A stretch of 64,000 nucleotides of DNA. Origin: Asterias rubens. Its lineage: Eukaryota. Position numbers and translations under genes: made by a program. The stretch covers positions 8,494,001-8,558,000 of the forward strand of contig NC_047077.1 in NCBI RefSeq assembly GCF_902459465.1. The letters run 5' to 3'. Positions within the stretch are counted from its first letter, which is position 1. Every line of letters starts with the position of its first letter. A model generated the notes under the pieces. That model was not told where the DNA came from. It did no database searches and was given only the letters and a program-made list of their open reading frames with translations. Positions 48,619 to 61,479 of the stretch are shown piece after piece.

Positions 48619-49341
48619 GTCTGTAAAACATTTGAAACTGTACTGGTCTACTTCACTCTACTTACCGGTAGAGTCGAATTACTAATTTGCATATTCCCTA
48701 TGCCGCCAGGCAATATTGCAAAGACTTTACACACAATAGCGCCCTCCACCGTCCTACCCACAATGCCCCCATGACATGCTTGCCACGAAGTCGTCCTCTT
48801 TTCTCTAAGCCACAGTTGGGTGAGGACGTAAATAATTCTGTGTCCAACAGTTTACCGTTTTTAAAATGAAATAAAAACACCTTACCTTTATTGCTGAGAT
48901 TTGAAATAAAGACTGAGATTGAAGATAGTAGAGTTGTTGTTTAGTTGAAGTGTTTTAGATAAAGATTGTTATAAATGAGTAGTTCAATGGAAATTGGGGA
49001 GGGCTCCGACTGTTGGAACTGGGGGTACGTCCATTCCCCCGGGACAGTCGGAGCCCTCGGAGGGCTGCACCGGTGACACTCCGGTAATGTGCTTAGACTT
49101 ACCAGTGAAGACTCAACAGACTATATCTTGCAATTTTCTTGTCTTGGACACTCGTTCATGATTCAGTGATCAAGATGTCCAATCATTATTTCGCCTGGAT
49201 CTGGATGATAGCGCCACCTATTGATCAGATTTGTATTTTGTGGTTGAGGTAAAGGGAATACATTTGCCCGAAGGGCTGATAAAACGTTGCGGGTTAAGGG
49301 AGAGACATGTTCCGTTTCCTCTTCCAATAACTGTCAACATT

Positions 49342-49495
49342 TAAGTAGGATTTGAAACTTTGCATGATGGAAATATGATATGGAAAGATTTGCGGTAACA
49401 CCATGTAATGACTTATCTCTAAATGAGTTGGGGTGGTTCTTAAAACAACTGTTCGTTTCAACTCGACATTTCGATCAGTATGCTCTGATCTTTTC
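49342..49495 (-). mobile_element. Short Penelope-like (pLTR/hammerhead) insertion, copy C
   Basis: TSD TGTCAACATT / TGTCAATATT (9/10); the minus strand reads GATCAG-AGCATA-CTGATC-GAAA-T-GTC-GAG. Confidence 0.75.
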
Positions 49496-50074
49496 TGTCA
49501 ATATTGTCTAAAAAGAAACAAGCTTGCATACAATATAGCATTTAAAAAGTACATTACCAAAATTTGATAGTGTAAATATAAACAATGCTTAAACCAAAAC
49601 TGTTGTGGGGGCGTGCAAAATCTTTTTGTTTGATGCAATGATTTTAACATGATATTTGAGAATACACCATATCATCAGGGCCATTTTCTCAAGCAGGCAA
49701 ATTCAATAAGGTGATAAAAAGACACTTAAAAATTTACTTTTTTTGTGTCAAGCAATTTTCAATGGTTTTCTTAAGATTTAGGTGCATGTACTAATACAAA
49801 CTAGACGAAGTGAATAAATGCAATCTTTCAACGCTAATGATACACTGCTCCACTTGCAAATGACGTTTAACGCTTCACTCTCTTTATGCGCTTGATTCAA
49901 TTACTTTTCTAAAGGAATTGTCAGTTCCATTTTCTCGCAAGATGTATTTTTTCATTAGGCGATGGAGAATCAAATTTAATAACAGAATGAATTCTTCTGA
50001 GGAAGGCTGAAATAGAAGGAAAATGTTTCAAGTGCATTCCCCATATTGGTGAGTCCAGTAGAAGGCTACCCTTT

Positions 50075-50529
50075 TTAAAGGGAAGGTGTTTAAAAAATGG
50101 TGCTTAAAAATAATGCCATTAAAAGCTTACTTGGTTATCTATTTTCCAATGAGTACATCCCTCCAGAGGAATATAGTCGTATGTGGTTAGAAGAATTACA
50201 GCAGCTTGCGATATTAAACAGCAATATTTGAGAATCAATTATCTTAAAAAAAAAAATGTAGTTATGGAAAAAATATACAAGTTTTTATCCCCCAAAGGGT
50301 GAATCTGAAAAGGGTTAATGATCGTAACGCTTCTCAGATTGTGTGTTCCAGTTATGGATTTTTCTTCCTGTATGGACATATTCATTCTGGATTTCTATTT
50401 GCAATGTTTAAAAAAAAAATATCAACCACCTTTGGAAATGAAATTTTCACTGGTTAGTTTGATTGTATATACAATATTTATACGGGATTCAAATAGTTCC
50501 AAAAACCAAAGGTATACTTTCCTTTTTAA
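50075..50529. mobile_element. K3 Kolobok-type MITE, full length
   Basis: TTAA-AGGGAAGGTG ... ACCAAAGGTATACTTTCCTT-TTAA. Confidence 0.75.
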
Positions 50530-51332
50530 CCACAAATACATCCGTGATCTTTAAGTGTGTTTGTAAATAATAAAACAAATTACAATACACTGTTAAGAAT
50601 GCTTTCTAACTTTAATTTCAATGTCTTGTAAAAAAGAATTTGTCATAGAGGATTGAAAGAAGCGTCCATGCTCTTTCAGGAAAAAAAATATCCCCCCAAA
50701 AATGTATGTCTGAATTATTCATCATAAGTTATAATTACGGCTAGTTATTTGCTCAAAAAAATTGAAATGGTCTAAAACAAATTAAAATAAAAAGTGGATG
50801 TGGGTGTGTTTGTGTATCCATTCCGGAAAGCAGTAGCTGTTTATTAATAAGGTCCAAGAAGACATAAATATTCATGATTACGGCGGGGAAAATATTCGCC
50901 ATTGAGAAGAAAGAAATGTGTGAATAACATGTTTATAGCCTTTAATTGGGGACACGTTTCGATTCACTAGCGAAAGGAAACGTGCCAGAACACTTTACAA
51001 AACCGGTACGTTTATGAGTTATTTGTAAGACCTCTGCGAAAGGTCATGACTAATTGGGGCGTTTCTGAACGCTATAGATAGTTCCTTTTCTTCATCTAAA
51101 AAAAAAATTATTTATTGCAAACAGGTATCCTCAAATAAGAAATAAAAAAGTAATATAAGTCCGTCAGTGTTTCAAGACTCTCCCTTTTGTGGACCCACTC
51201 TGTTCTAATGTCCACACTTAGGTACCCATGTATCAATCAATCAATCAACATTTATTTCCATTCTAACATAGAAATTTTGAAATAAAAACTTTGATTGGCT
51301 ATAATTTTCCGGCTATTTTCTGGATCCTTCCC

Positions 51333-51718
51333 TTAAAGGCAGTGGACACTATTGGTAATTGTCAAAGACTAGCCTTCACAGTTGGTGTATCTCAACACAT
51401 GCATAAAATAAGAAACCTGTGAAAATTTGAGCTCAATCGGTCATCGAACTTGCGAGATAATAATGAAATAAAAAACACCCTTGTCACACGAAGTTGTGTG
51501 CGTTTACATGGTTGATTTCGATACCTCAAATTCTAAACTTGAGGTCTCGAAATCAAATTCGTGGAAAATTACTTCTTTCTCAAAAACTATGGCACTTTAG
51601 AGGGAGCCGTTTCTCACAATGTTTTATACCATCAACCTTTCCCCATTACTCGTTACCAAGTAAGGTTTTATGCTAATGATTATTTTGAGTAATTACCAAA
51701 AGTGTCCACTGCCTTTAA
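51333..51718. mobile_element. K1 MITE, full length, young subfamily, inside a retroposon 3' end
   Basis: TTAA-AGGCAGTGGACAC ... GTGTCCACTGCCT-TTAA. Confidence 0.93.
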
Positions 51719-51851
51719 TCTCTTCCCCTTCTATAAAATGGATATGTATTTGTTGATACTTGTGTATGGCTCTGAAGAAGGTCCCGTTTGCAAAACAATT
51801 TGATTGTATAAATAAATGTAACTGTATGGAGGCATGCCCCATTAAAAGCAA

Positions 51852-52962
51852 AAGCTTGTAGGCTGGGATGCAATTGTACAAGAGTAACAGCAACAATCAA
51901 GCCCTAGATTAAGCTTGTAGGCTGGGATGCAATTGTACAAGAGTAACAGCAACAATCAAGCCCTAGATTAAGCTTGTAGGCTGGGATGCAATTGTACAAG
52001 AGTAACAGCAACAATCAAGCCCTAAATTAAGCTTGTAGGCTGGGATGCAATTGTACACGTGTAACAGCAACAATCAAGCCCTAGTTTAAGCTTGTAGGCT
52101 GGGATGCAATTGTACAAGAGTAACAGCAACAATCAAGCCCTAGATTAAGCTTGTAGGCTGGGATGCAATTGTACAAGAGTAACAGCAACAATCAAGCCCT
52201 AGATTAAGCTTGTAGGCTGGGATGCAATTGTACAAGAGTAACAGCAACAATCAAGCCCTAGATTAAGCTTGTAGGCTGGGATGCAATTGTACAAGAGTAA
52301 CAGCAACAATCAAGCCCTAGATTAAGCTTGTGGGCTGGGATGCAATTGTACAAGAGTAACAGCAACAATCAAGCCCTAGATTAAGCTTGTGGGCTGGGAT
52401 GCAATTGTACAAGAGTAACAGCAACAATCAAGCCCTAGATTAAGCTTGTAGGCTGGGATGCAATTGTACAAGAGTAACAGCAACAATCAAGCCCTAGATT
52501 AAGCTTGTAGGCTGGGATGCAATTGTACAAGAGTAACAGCAACAATCAAGCCCTAGATTAAGCTTGTAGGCTGGGATGCAATTGTACAAGAGTAACAGCA
52601 ACAATCAAGCCCTAGATTAAGCTTGTAGGCTGGGATGCAATTGTACAAGAGTAACAGCAACAATCAAGCCCTAGATTAAGCTTGTAGGCTGGGATGCAAT
52701 TGTACAAGAGTAACAGCAACAATCAAGCCCTAGATTAAGCTTGTAGGCTGGGATGCAATTGTACAAGTGTAACAGCAACAATCAAGCCCTAGATTAAGCT
52801 TGTAGGCTGGGATGCAATTGTACAAGAGTAACAGCAACAATCAAGCCCTAGATTAAGCTTGTAGGCTGGGATGCAATTGTACAAGTGTAACAGCAACAAT
52901 CAAGCCCTAGATTAAGCTTGTAGGCTGGGATGCAATTGTACAAGAGTAACAGCAACAATCAA
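51852..52962. repeat. 59-bp minisatellite, ~19 copies
   Basis: Unit AAGCTTGTAGGCTGGGATGCAATTGTACAAGAGTAACAGCAACAATCAAGCCCTAGATT; unit starts at 51852, 51911, 51970 ... 52914. Confidence 0.97.
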
Positions 52963-53612
52963 CAACCTTAGATTATAAGAATGTTACAATCCTGAATATT
53001 TGGTCCATTGCTGGTGGATAAACACAAACTTAATATATTCTTCTCAAATATTGACATTTGAAGAATAGTAAGAAGTAATTACTTTGTATTTGTATTATTC
53101 TAATGATTGAAAGCTCTCCTTATTTGCTGAAAACAAAAAAGTGGCTTTGTGCCGTACCAAATGACAGACATTCACAGAAATCTATGTTGTGTGTAGCGGC
53201 ATTTCATCAGTGCATTTTATTGATGCGTGTGTGTGTATGAGGGGGAGTCTGTGCATAGGTTTTGGTATCCACTCACTACACTCATTCTGTACATAACTGT
53301 ATAAGTCACTGCAATGAACACAAGCCAGTGCGGCACTCTCTGTGTTCTGATATAGAAATACACAACTTGGGAGAAACGTACGGGTCCGTGGATGGAGTGC
53401 GCCGTTCATTGAAACGCTCAAGTGAATTAATTGTTTTGGGTGGTCGGAGTTGATATCGGCGGCTCCTTACACAAGAAGATGAAACCAGCTAAGAGTTATT
53501 AACAAGCGATAGTGTCATTAACACTGAGAGGTTACCGGTCAAGTTGATCTCAAGCCGGATTATTTTTTTTCCTACCATGTTTACAATTTATTGTTGATAC
53601 TCTCGTCGCCAG

Positions 53613-53803
53613 GAGTGATGTCCACAAGGGAAGAGGCCCTATGACATTCTACCGAGTTATCAGAAAGCCTTTGATGAATAATTTTGTTCAGTGTCCACAT
53701 TCGCTTGTGGAAAGATTTCGGCTTGAGTTGTTTGCCGTTCGCATTTAGAGTGTAGATATGTTGACATACATCATACGGCGTGTGAATTGTGTTGGTGGTG
53801 CTG
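53613..53803 (+). other. Candidate exon (no full-length open frame; possible start MLTYIIRRVNCVGGA)
   Basis: Acceptor ACTCTCGTCGCCAG| and donor CTG|GTGAGT. Confidence 0.3.
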
Positions 53804-54611
53804 GTGAGTGACGCACTGTAGATTAATGGATTCTCTACCATGTATAATGCTGCTCAGGAATTCAGGTAGGCTTTTTTTGTGGGTTAAATTGTGGTGTCTA
53901 AATAATTTGTGTTTTTAAATTTTGATTTAGGGTTGAACCAAGAAAAATTTACTGAAGCGGGATTCATTCATTCATTCATTATTGGTTTATTTTGTTTAAA
54001 AACAAAATTCCCATGGCGACCAGAGGAAAACATACAGAGATTAAAAATTAGAAAAAACACAAATTTAATACCTGATTGAGAAAATATTAACAATGTAGAA
54101 AACAAAATTGCTTAAAAGTTGTGAAACAGTAACGTGGATGAAAATATTTGAACTAACAAACTTCTGCGCAGGAATTTAGGTAGGCATTATTGTGGGTTAC
54201 CTTTTGATGTCTAAGTTGTTATTTTAAATTTTGATTCGGGGTTGAACCAAGACAAATTTACTGGAGCAGGATTTGTGTACTGGAAAAAGTTCCTACTTTT
54301 TTCCTCAAACCAATTGTCATGCTTGGCTCTACAACAGAAACCATCTAGCCCTATAGTGGTGGTCTCCCTAATGTGTCAATATCCTTGTTTAGGGTGTTTT
54401 AAATTATTTATTGAGCTCTCATTATGCTTTGTGAATATTATTTATGAGTGACAACAGGGTGTTGAACAAATTCCTTAGATTCTCAACCCCTTATCATGCA
54501 GTTTTCTTCCAAGAAACATGTACATTGAGTTACCAATTAATAATAACGAAAACTTATATAGTGCCAAATTCCGCCTAAAAGACGCTCAAGGCGCTATGTC
54601 CTTTTTATATT

Positions 54612-54735
54612 TCGATCAAAGAAAATTTGACTGGAGAGGGATTTGAACTTCCAGATTAACATGCCGGCGCTCTACCAACTGAGCTATCTAGGCCTATGTT
54701 GGCGGTCTCCTTATTTTGTCAGTATCCTTGTTTGT
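54612..54735 (-). mobile_element. tRNA-derived SINE (family S2)
   Basis: The minus strand has A-box TAGCTCAGTTGGTAGAGCG and B-box GTTCAAATCC. Degenerate relatives lie at ~40585, 40900, 53860 and 54170. Confidence 0.78.
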
Positions 54736-54741
54736 AATTAT

Positions 54742-55131
54742 TTAAAGAAACACGTTGCGTTGGATCGGTCAAGTTGGTCTTTGAAAAGCGCTTGTAACCG
54801 TTTGTTATAAAATGCATATGATTAGACAGATATTTTAAAAGTAGAATATAATGATCCACACAAGTGTCACTCGAAATTGTGTGGTTTTCCTTTTACCTCG
54901 TCGACTAACACGGTCGGCCATTTATGGGAGTTAAATTTTTGACTCCCATAAATGGCCGACCGTGTTAGTTCACAGAGTAAAAGGAAAACCACGCAATTTC
55001 AAGGCAAATTTGTGTGGATCATTGTATTCTACTTTTAAGTCATCTTTCTAACCATGTGCATTTAATAACAAACGGTTACAAACGCTTTTCAAAGACCAAC
55101 TCGACCGATCCAAGGCAAAGTGTTCCTTTAA
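54742..55131. mobile_element. K2 palindromic Kolobok-type MITE, full length
   Basis: TTAA termini; 28-bp perfect central inverted repeat ACTAACACGGTCGGCCATTTATGGGAGT. Confidence 0.92.
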
Positions 55132-58100
55132 TATTTTAGCTCTCATTGTGCGAGGATACTCAAGAGGAGGTTTCTGCACAGTATAGGAAGATAATGATGT
55201 TGATGATGATGATGACGATTGTGAATTGTGATTGTTGTTTGTAAAGGACATATGTAAATTACAACATTGTTGAGACACCCCCCCCCTTCTCCTCCTTTAT
55301 TGTTTTCTTCCAAGAAACCTGTAGGCCTACATTGGAGTATTCAATGAACCCTGTCCTTTATAGTTCATTTGTTGTAATTGAATGTCATCAGTGCAGTTGG
55401 TTCAATTAAAGTTTCTTCAAAGGGATTTTTGTTGGTGATAAGGATAGAAAAAAATAATATCAAATGTGCTGATAAGCTTAATGAGTGGATCTGTGAACAG
55501 TGTACTGGTTTTGCTTTGAACTTTGAAAAACCAAGACAACAATTTGATGAGAATCCGCAAAACCCTTTTGTGTAGACCCTATGGGTGATTTTGTTTTAGT
55601 ATTGGGGCAGTAGGGATTCTCAATTTACCCATATCAGTTTATACACATCAACTTGGAGTGGGGATGGGTTATTAAATTAAAATGGTCTACTTTTCATTGA
55701 AGTGTGGAAATCTATTGAAGTGAAGAAATTTCTATGATTATATTATTATTAATTGCAATAAGGATTCATGGCTTTTAAACACAGTTGGTGGTATTGGTTT
55801 CACTTAACCTGAATAGGGAGATAAAGTACATGAGTTTACCGGTCAGTGACGTTTTCACATAGCGCTCTCAGGAGTCCTGTGGGAAAACAGGCATCTCCAT
55901 TGAGATCGGAACAACGACCTACTGACAACTGCAGATCTTAGGCATTTCTTAAAACTAAAAACTAAAATAAATGTTTATGATTGCTTTGTCCTTTGGATAT
56001 GTCATTAAAGGGTTTTGATACCTTTTTTAGATCCAGTGTTTGGTTATGACATGAATCCCTACTCATGATGAATAATCAATGTTTGTATAATATATTATTT
56101 TCCTGTCGAAGTTTCAGCTTCATCAGTTGTCAGGTTTTTGAGAAAACTTAAATAAACGTTTGAAATTGCTTTGTCCTTTGGATGTGACATTAAATGGTTT
56201 TGATACCTTTAAAGACAGAGGGTGAAAATTTCTTGTGGCAAAGTGTGGGGACATGAGCAGACCTATTTTTGTGGACATTCTACCATGTTTTTTTTTAACA
56301 AAAGCAACACTTAAGACAGAAGTTGGCATCTAGCAGAACCTCTAACACCCTTTTAAACTCTGGACGTAAATTCTCTTATACACCATTATTTAGTCACAAC
56401 AAGTTATGGATGAACGACAAATTATGGATGAACGACAAAGATCGCGCAGTGTTCAAAGTTGGCTCCCGAGCTTTCCTGCGCAAATTTTCACAGAAATAAA
56501 AATTAAAAATGGCACCGCATAAATTAAAAAGTTGACATGCCCCCAACAGTTCAATGTTTGGTCACAAGTTACTCAAAATTTGACTGGCAATTTGTGGAGA
56601 ACTTTGGGAATTGTTGTCTCCAGTTATTACTTTGTTAAAAACCGCAGAGTTTTCTTGGTACTTGGTGGTTATAGTCCTCAAAACTTGACAAGGTCAGGAG
56701 AGTGTCGTCTAATACGTTTTTATTTTTTTTATATTTTTTTTTATGTATTATTATTATAAGTTGTGACTGTAATTGCTTTTGAAGATTTGATGGGAGTTTA
56801 ATCTATGAGGGATTATTAAAGATTATTACATAATTTTAGTGTTCTTGGGAAAAAGGATTGAGGTCATTCAGGAAAAGCTCCTCCTAGACCCACCAGCATT
56901 GGCTGAACTTATTTTCCAGGCATGGTCTCAATGGGATTGTAATGAAGTCTAATCCAAGAGTGTAAATGCTAAAATAGAATGGCCTACATGGAATTCTAAA
57001 TAAGATAATCGTAGATGTCTAGATTTCTCTCAACTTATGCTTACGTTTAAATTTTGTGTTATTGTATATATATTATTTCAATGTTATTGTTTGTATTTTA
57101 GCGCCATAAGCACTTTTATGGATTTATGCACTTTATAAGTTTTCATTATTATTATTAAAAATAGGAATGGACGACCCTCCCCCTTTTAACCGATATCTAC
57201 TTTTATTAGCTGATATCACTTCTTAATCAAAAGTCCTTCCGGAGCGATGTGCCTGGGACATTTTCTTTTAAACGATCTACCGAGCGATTAAAATGAATTA
57301 GAAATGAGTCAATTTGTGATGTTGAGGAGCAGGTGGATGACATTCCCCTAGTGTAGAGTATTTATTGGGCTTGAGAGCTATCAGTTAAAGGGTCTGTGTA
57401 TGTTGGGTGTTTGGAACCCTTCAAATGTTTCAATCATGTGGTATTATACAATAAAAGTAACCCCTGAAAACTTTTGTTTCAAAAGGTGGTCTTTTGAGAT
57501 ATCGTTGAAAATCCGGATTAAATATGTAGAATTTAAAATGCAGGTTGAATAATCCCTAAGAGGAACTCACATAATGTTGGAAGTGTTAATAGTAGTGCTT
57601 CTCAAACAAAAAGGTGATAAATTTGTCTTTGAAACCACAGTACTTTGAACTGAAATGTTTCAAAAAATGTCTTATGTTATCCAAAGCTGCTTGCTGCACT
57701 TCTTGCCAAGTTTGTTTAGAGATTCGTTTGCAGAGTCATTACCATATACAGACAAAGGTATGATACAAAGTTTTTTTGTTTCTATCATTCTTATCAAAAG
57801 TATTGCCATGGCTTCACATTTCAACCCCAGCAGAGTATGTTTAGTGGTTGAAAGCTTATCATAACGCACCTTACAAAATTCAGATACATTGAATATGTGC
57901 ATTGCTTGGCGTGTACTTTCATTGCATTGCGCATAATGCATGACTAATGCGTGGGTTTTGGGCTTATAGGCCTACAAATTTATATTCCCTATTATGCAAA
58001 AGTGCCAACAGTCCCGAGAAGTATAGCCATCGTAATTCTGAACTAAAAAACAGTTATAATTTTGATATCCTAATTCAGATTTAACACACAAGAAGGTCAC

Positions 58101-58381
58101 TCTCCAATAAAGTAAAATTAAAGGCAAAACAATTTCTAGGTGAATTGTTGGAGTGTCACTAATTGAGTAACTGGCGTATTGAGTTAGCATACATTACTTT
58201 CTTAAGTGTATCATCAGTGGTTGTGTGAATAAACTTCATCATTATACACTCTTAGTGTCAGTAACGTGATTGAAAAAACATCAACGGCGCTCTAGGTCAG
58301 AGATTCTTACAGGAAGAGAGAATAAATTGCTGGAGGGCAACTTTTAAAATTCAACAACTTATATAAAAGTCCATTTTCACT

Positions 58382-58778
58382 TTACAGGCACTGGACACCT
58401 TTGGTTATTGTCAAGGACCAGTATTCTCACTTGGCATAATCCCAACATATGTATAAAATAACAAACAAGTGGAAATTTGGGCTCAATTGTCATTGAATTT
58501 GCAAGACAATATTGGCAGAAAAAAAACACCCTTGTTGCACAACTCTGTGGGCTTTCAGATGCATAATAATAGGCTTCAGGCCTGAAGTCTTTGAAAATTT
58601 GAGTGAGAAAATACCTCTTTCTGAAAAACTACGTTATTTCGTATGTTTTAAACTACCAACAGCTCTCATTCCAATATTGATGGATTAGTGCACTTCATAA
58701 AATTCATTACTTTATTATTTTTATTATTACCAAGTAAGTTTTTATGCTATTTTTGATATTAGTGTCCAGTACATTTAA
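58382..58778. mobile_element. K1 MITE, diverged; K3 fragment begins at its right TTAA
   Basis: AGGCACTGGACACC ... GTGTCCAGTACAT-TTAA-AGGGAGGGTGAACTTTGGTAATCAC. Confidence 0.8.
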
Positions 58779-59306
58779 AGGGAGGGTGAACTTTGGTAAT
58801 CACCTTCAAAAGTTGATGACCATATAAACACTTGCTTTGTAAAGAAGCACGGCAGCCGTTGATCATGTCTAACATTTTAAAGAATGTTTCCCTCCAAGGA
58901 GGGTTAAGAGATTCAATCGAATAAAACGTTGAATCTGCGATACATTTCATATATTGCATAAAATGTTTTATCAAATTATGTATCATTTTGAAACATCATC
59001 ATTTGTCAAAATTCGCTAAAAGAAAAATATTTGTTGAAAAAACAAAAACCCTTTTCGTTGAAAATCGTTCCATTCAGCTTTAACATAAAAAATGAAAATA
59101 ATTCATGTTGCAGCTGGAAAAAAAAAAATCTGTATGATTGATAGGATATCATAGTGACAATTTAGTTTTATTTTTTTTTCTGTTTCTGATGTATCCTATA
59201 CTGTGTCTTTGAGGCAGGTGTCATCCTTCTTGAAATGTGTGAATTTGATCAATACTTGATCGGATTCGTGCAGTCACAAACTCTCACATTTTTCAACACA
59301 TTATAT

Positions 59307-59682
59307 TTAAAGGCGCTGGACACCTTTGGTAATTGTCAAAGACCAGTATTCTCGTGTATCCCAACATAAGCATACAATAAATAAATCTGTGAAAATTTGG
59401 GCTCAATTCATTATCAAAATTTGCAAGAGAATAATGAAAGAAAAAACACCCTTGTTGCACTACTTGTTATGCCTTCAGAAGAAACTAATGATAAGAGGCT
59501 TCAGGCTGAAGTATTTTATTAATTGAGTGAGACATTACTTTCTCAAAAACTACGTTACTTCAGAGGGAGCCGTTTCTCACTATGTTTTATACTATCAACA
59601 GCTCTCCATTGCTCGTTACCAAGTAAGTTTTTATGCTAAAAATTATTTTGAGTAATTTACAAATATTGTCAAGTGCCTTTAA
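59307..59682. mobile_element. K1 MITE, full length, older subfamily
   Basis: TTAAAGGCGCTGGACACC ... GTCAAGTGCCTTTAA. Confidence 0.88.
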
Positions 59683-60193
59683 TCTTTTTGGGGAAAAGAA
59701 CCAAAAACTTGTCATACATTATTTTTCGAAACATTGGTTGCATGTATTCCTGATAGGTGATCAGCTGCAACTGTTATGGAGACTTGTTACTGCTTTAATA
59801 ATGAATTAGCGCAGGTAGATATCTTTTAATGTCATGCTCTCGTCAGCAAAAAAATTACTTGGGATGAAAATTCCATCTTAAAAATGTTTCTATGCTTGCT
59901 GTCTTCAAATTTACCCAACTGTGTTGCCAAAATTTGTTTAAAAGGCAGGTCCCCCACCCCCTTGGTTAAGCTGGCCCCTGGGTTGAGCTTCCCTCCCCCT
60001 GCGACCCTGAGTTGAGGTGCTTCCCCATTGTTTGTTTCTTTTTGCATTTATACCATCGGTATATTTGGTTTGGTTTATTTTCTAAAGTGGTACCACACAG
60101 AGAACTTCTTTAGAAAAAGGGAATAATGGAACATTAGTAGGATCCCACAAACCTTAAGGTTGCGTGGGGGTGTGTTGTGTTGACCATTTTATA

Positions 60194-61479
60194 CACTGCA
60201 TAAAATATTGGGTATATTTTGACCAACATTTTGACCAACGTTAGGTCTAATTATGAACTCTCTAAACTGTTGGTCAAAATTGTACCCAACAAGTTTGGAC
60301 AAACATTTTGACCAACTTATAGGTCAAATAAAATAGCCATATTGTTGGGCAAAATCTTAATCAACTTTGTTGGTTAAATTTGTTTAACCAGTTGTTGGGT
60401 AGAAAGGTTTGATGTAAAAGTTGAGCAATTATACTTGACCAAGTGTTGGGGTTTTTATGAACAAAAGTTGGTCAATATGTATTGTGTTATCCAAAAAATG
60501 GTGAATTTAACTAACCATTTGATTCACAGTTCCTGTGATCTACGTCGTACGTCCATGAATCGAAACGATTTTTTCCACAGTGGCGAGTGGTGGCGAGCTT
60601 TGCCCTCGGCGTCTCTTTTAAAAACTTGGGATTTCCCAGTGGTTTATATAGACGCTTTTGAAGGTTAGTTTTTAACTAAATAACGTTTGTTTTCTGTTAA
60701 GCTGTACACAGTCGTGACAGTTGTAGTGCAAGCAATGCTGCGATAGTGTCATTCATTGCATGTCTATACTACATACAATGCACTGACTGTACGATGTTTG
60801 TAACATTACAATACAAGTACACGAATGGCATCTTCAAACTGAAAATAATTCAATGGCAGTAGCACTGTGTGTTTTTTGCTCTGCCACTTTTACAACTGAG
60901 TACAACTAAATAGGAAACAACTTTTCGTATTTAGTTAAAAACTAACCTGCAAAAGGTTCTATAACCACTGGGCAACCCCGCTCTTTTAAGAGAGACGACA
61001 CGGTCACAGCCACTCCTCCACTCGCCATGTTGGAAAAGATTGTTTTTATGCTTTTATGCATGCACTTTATGCTTTTATGCATGCACTTCGTACAGCATTT
61101 CGCGGGAACAATGCCCAGATGTTGCATAAAACTTGCCCAATGGTTGTGCAAATCTTTGATCGAAATGCGCATGATTGGATCATTTGCCCAACTAATGTGC
61201 ATCATTTTCACCAACAATTACGATAAATTCAAACTACCAAAAAGTTGCCCAAAATATGGGCAACATTGTAACCAACAGTTATGATGAATTCAGATTACGA
61301 AATATTTGCAAAACATTTGCCCAACTTTTGTTTCACTTCTTGTAAAAAAAAAGGGCAAACAGAAAGTTTGCCCAACAGTACCAATTGTTGCTTTCAATGG
61401 GCAATTTTTGACCAATAATTGTGGAATTTACTTTGCCCAACAAAATGTGTCACATAGTTTGACCATTGTTTTTGCAGTG
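60194..61479. mobile_element. Non-autonomous EnSpm/CACTA-like foldback element (1.29 kb)
   Basis: CACTGCA ... TGCAGTG termini with TA/TA flanks; many TTGACCAAC/TTGCCCAAC subterminal repeats; inner inverted arms. Confidence 0.8.

Noticed and set aside
51852-52962. CRISPR-like regular array
   Set aside because: The units are contiguous with no unique spacers, there are no cas genes, and the context is eukaryotic. The same applies to the 21-bp and 63-bp arrays.
54640-54700. tRNA genes (also 893-950, 3610-3650, 4485-4560)
   Set aside because: A and B boxes are present, but there is no closing acceptor stem or full cloverleaf, and they are fused to repeated bodies. These are SINE heads.
57641-57757. 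117-nt exon candidate ending AAG|GTATGA
   Set aside because: The acceptor overlaps the end of a decayed TTAA element, two frames are open, and neither peptide is recognisable.
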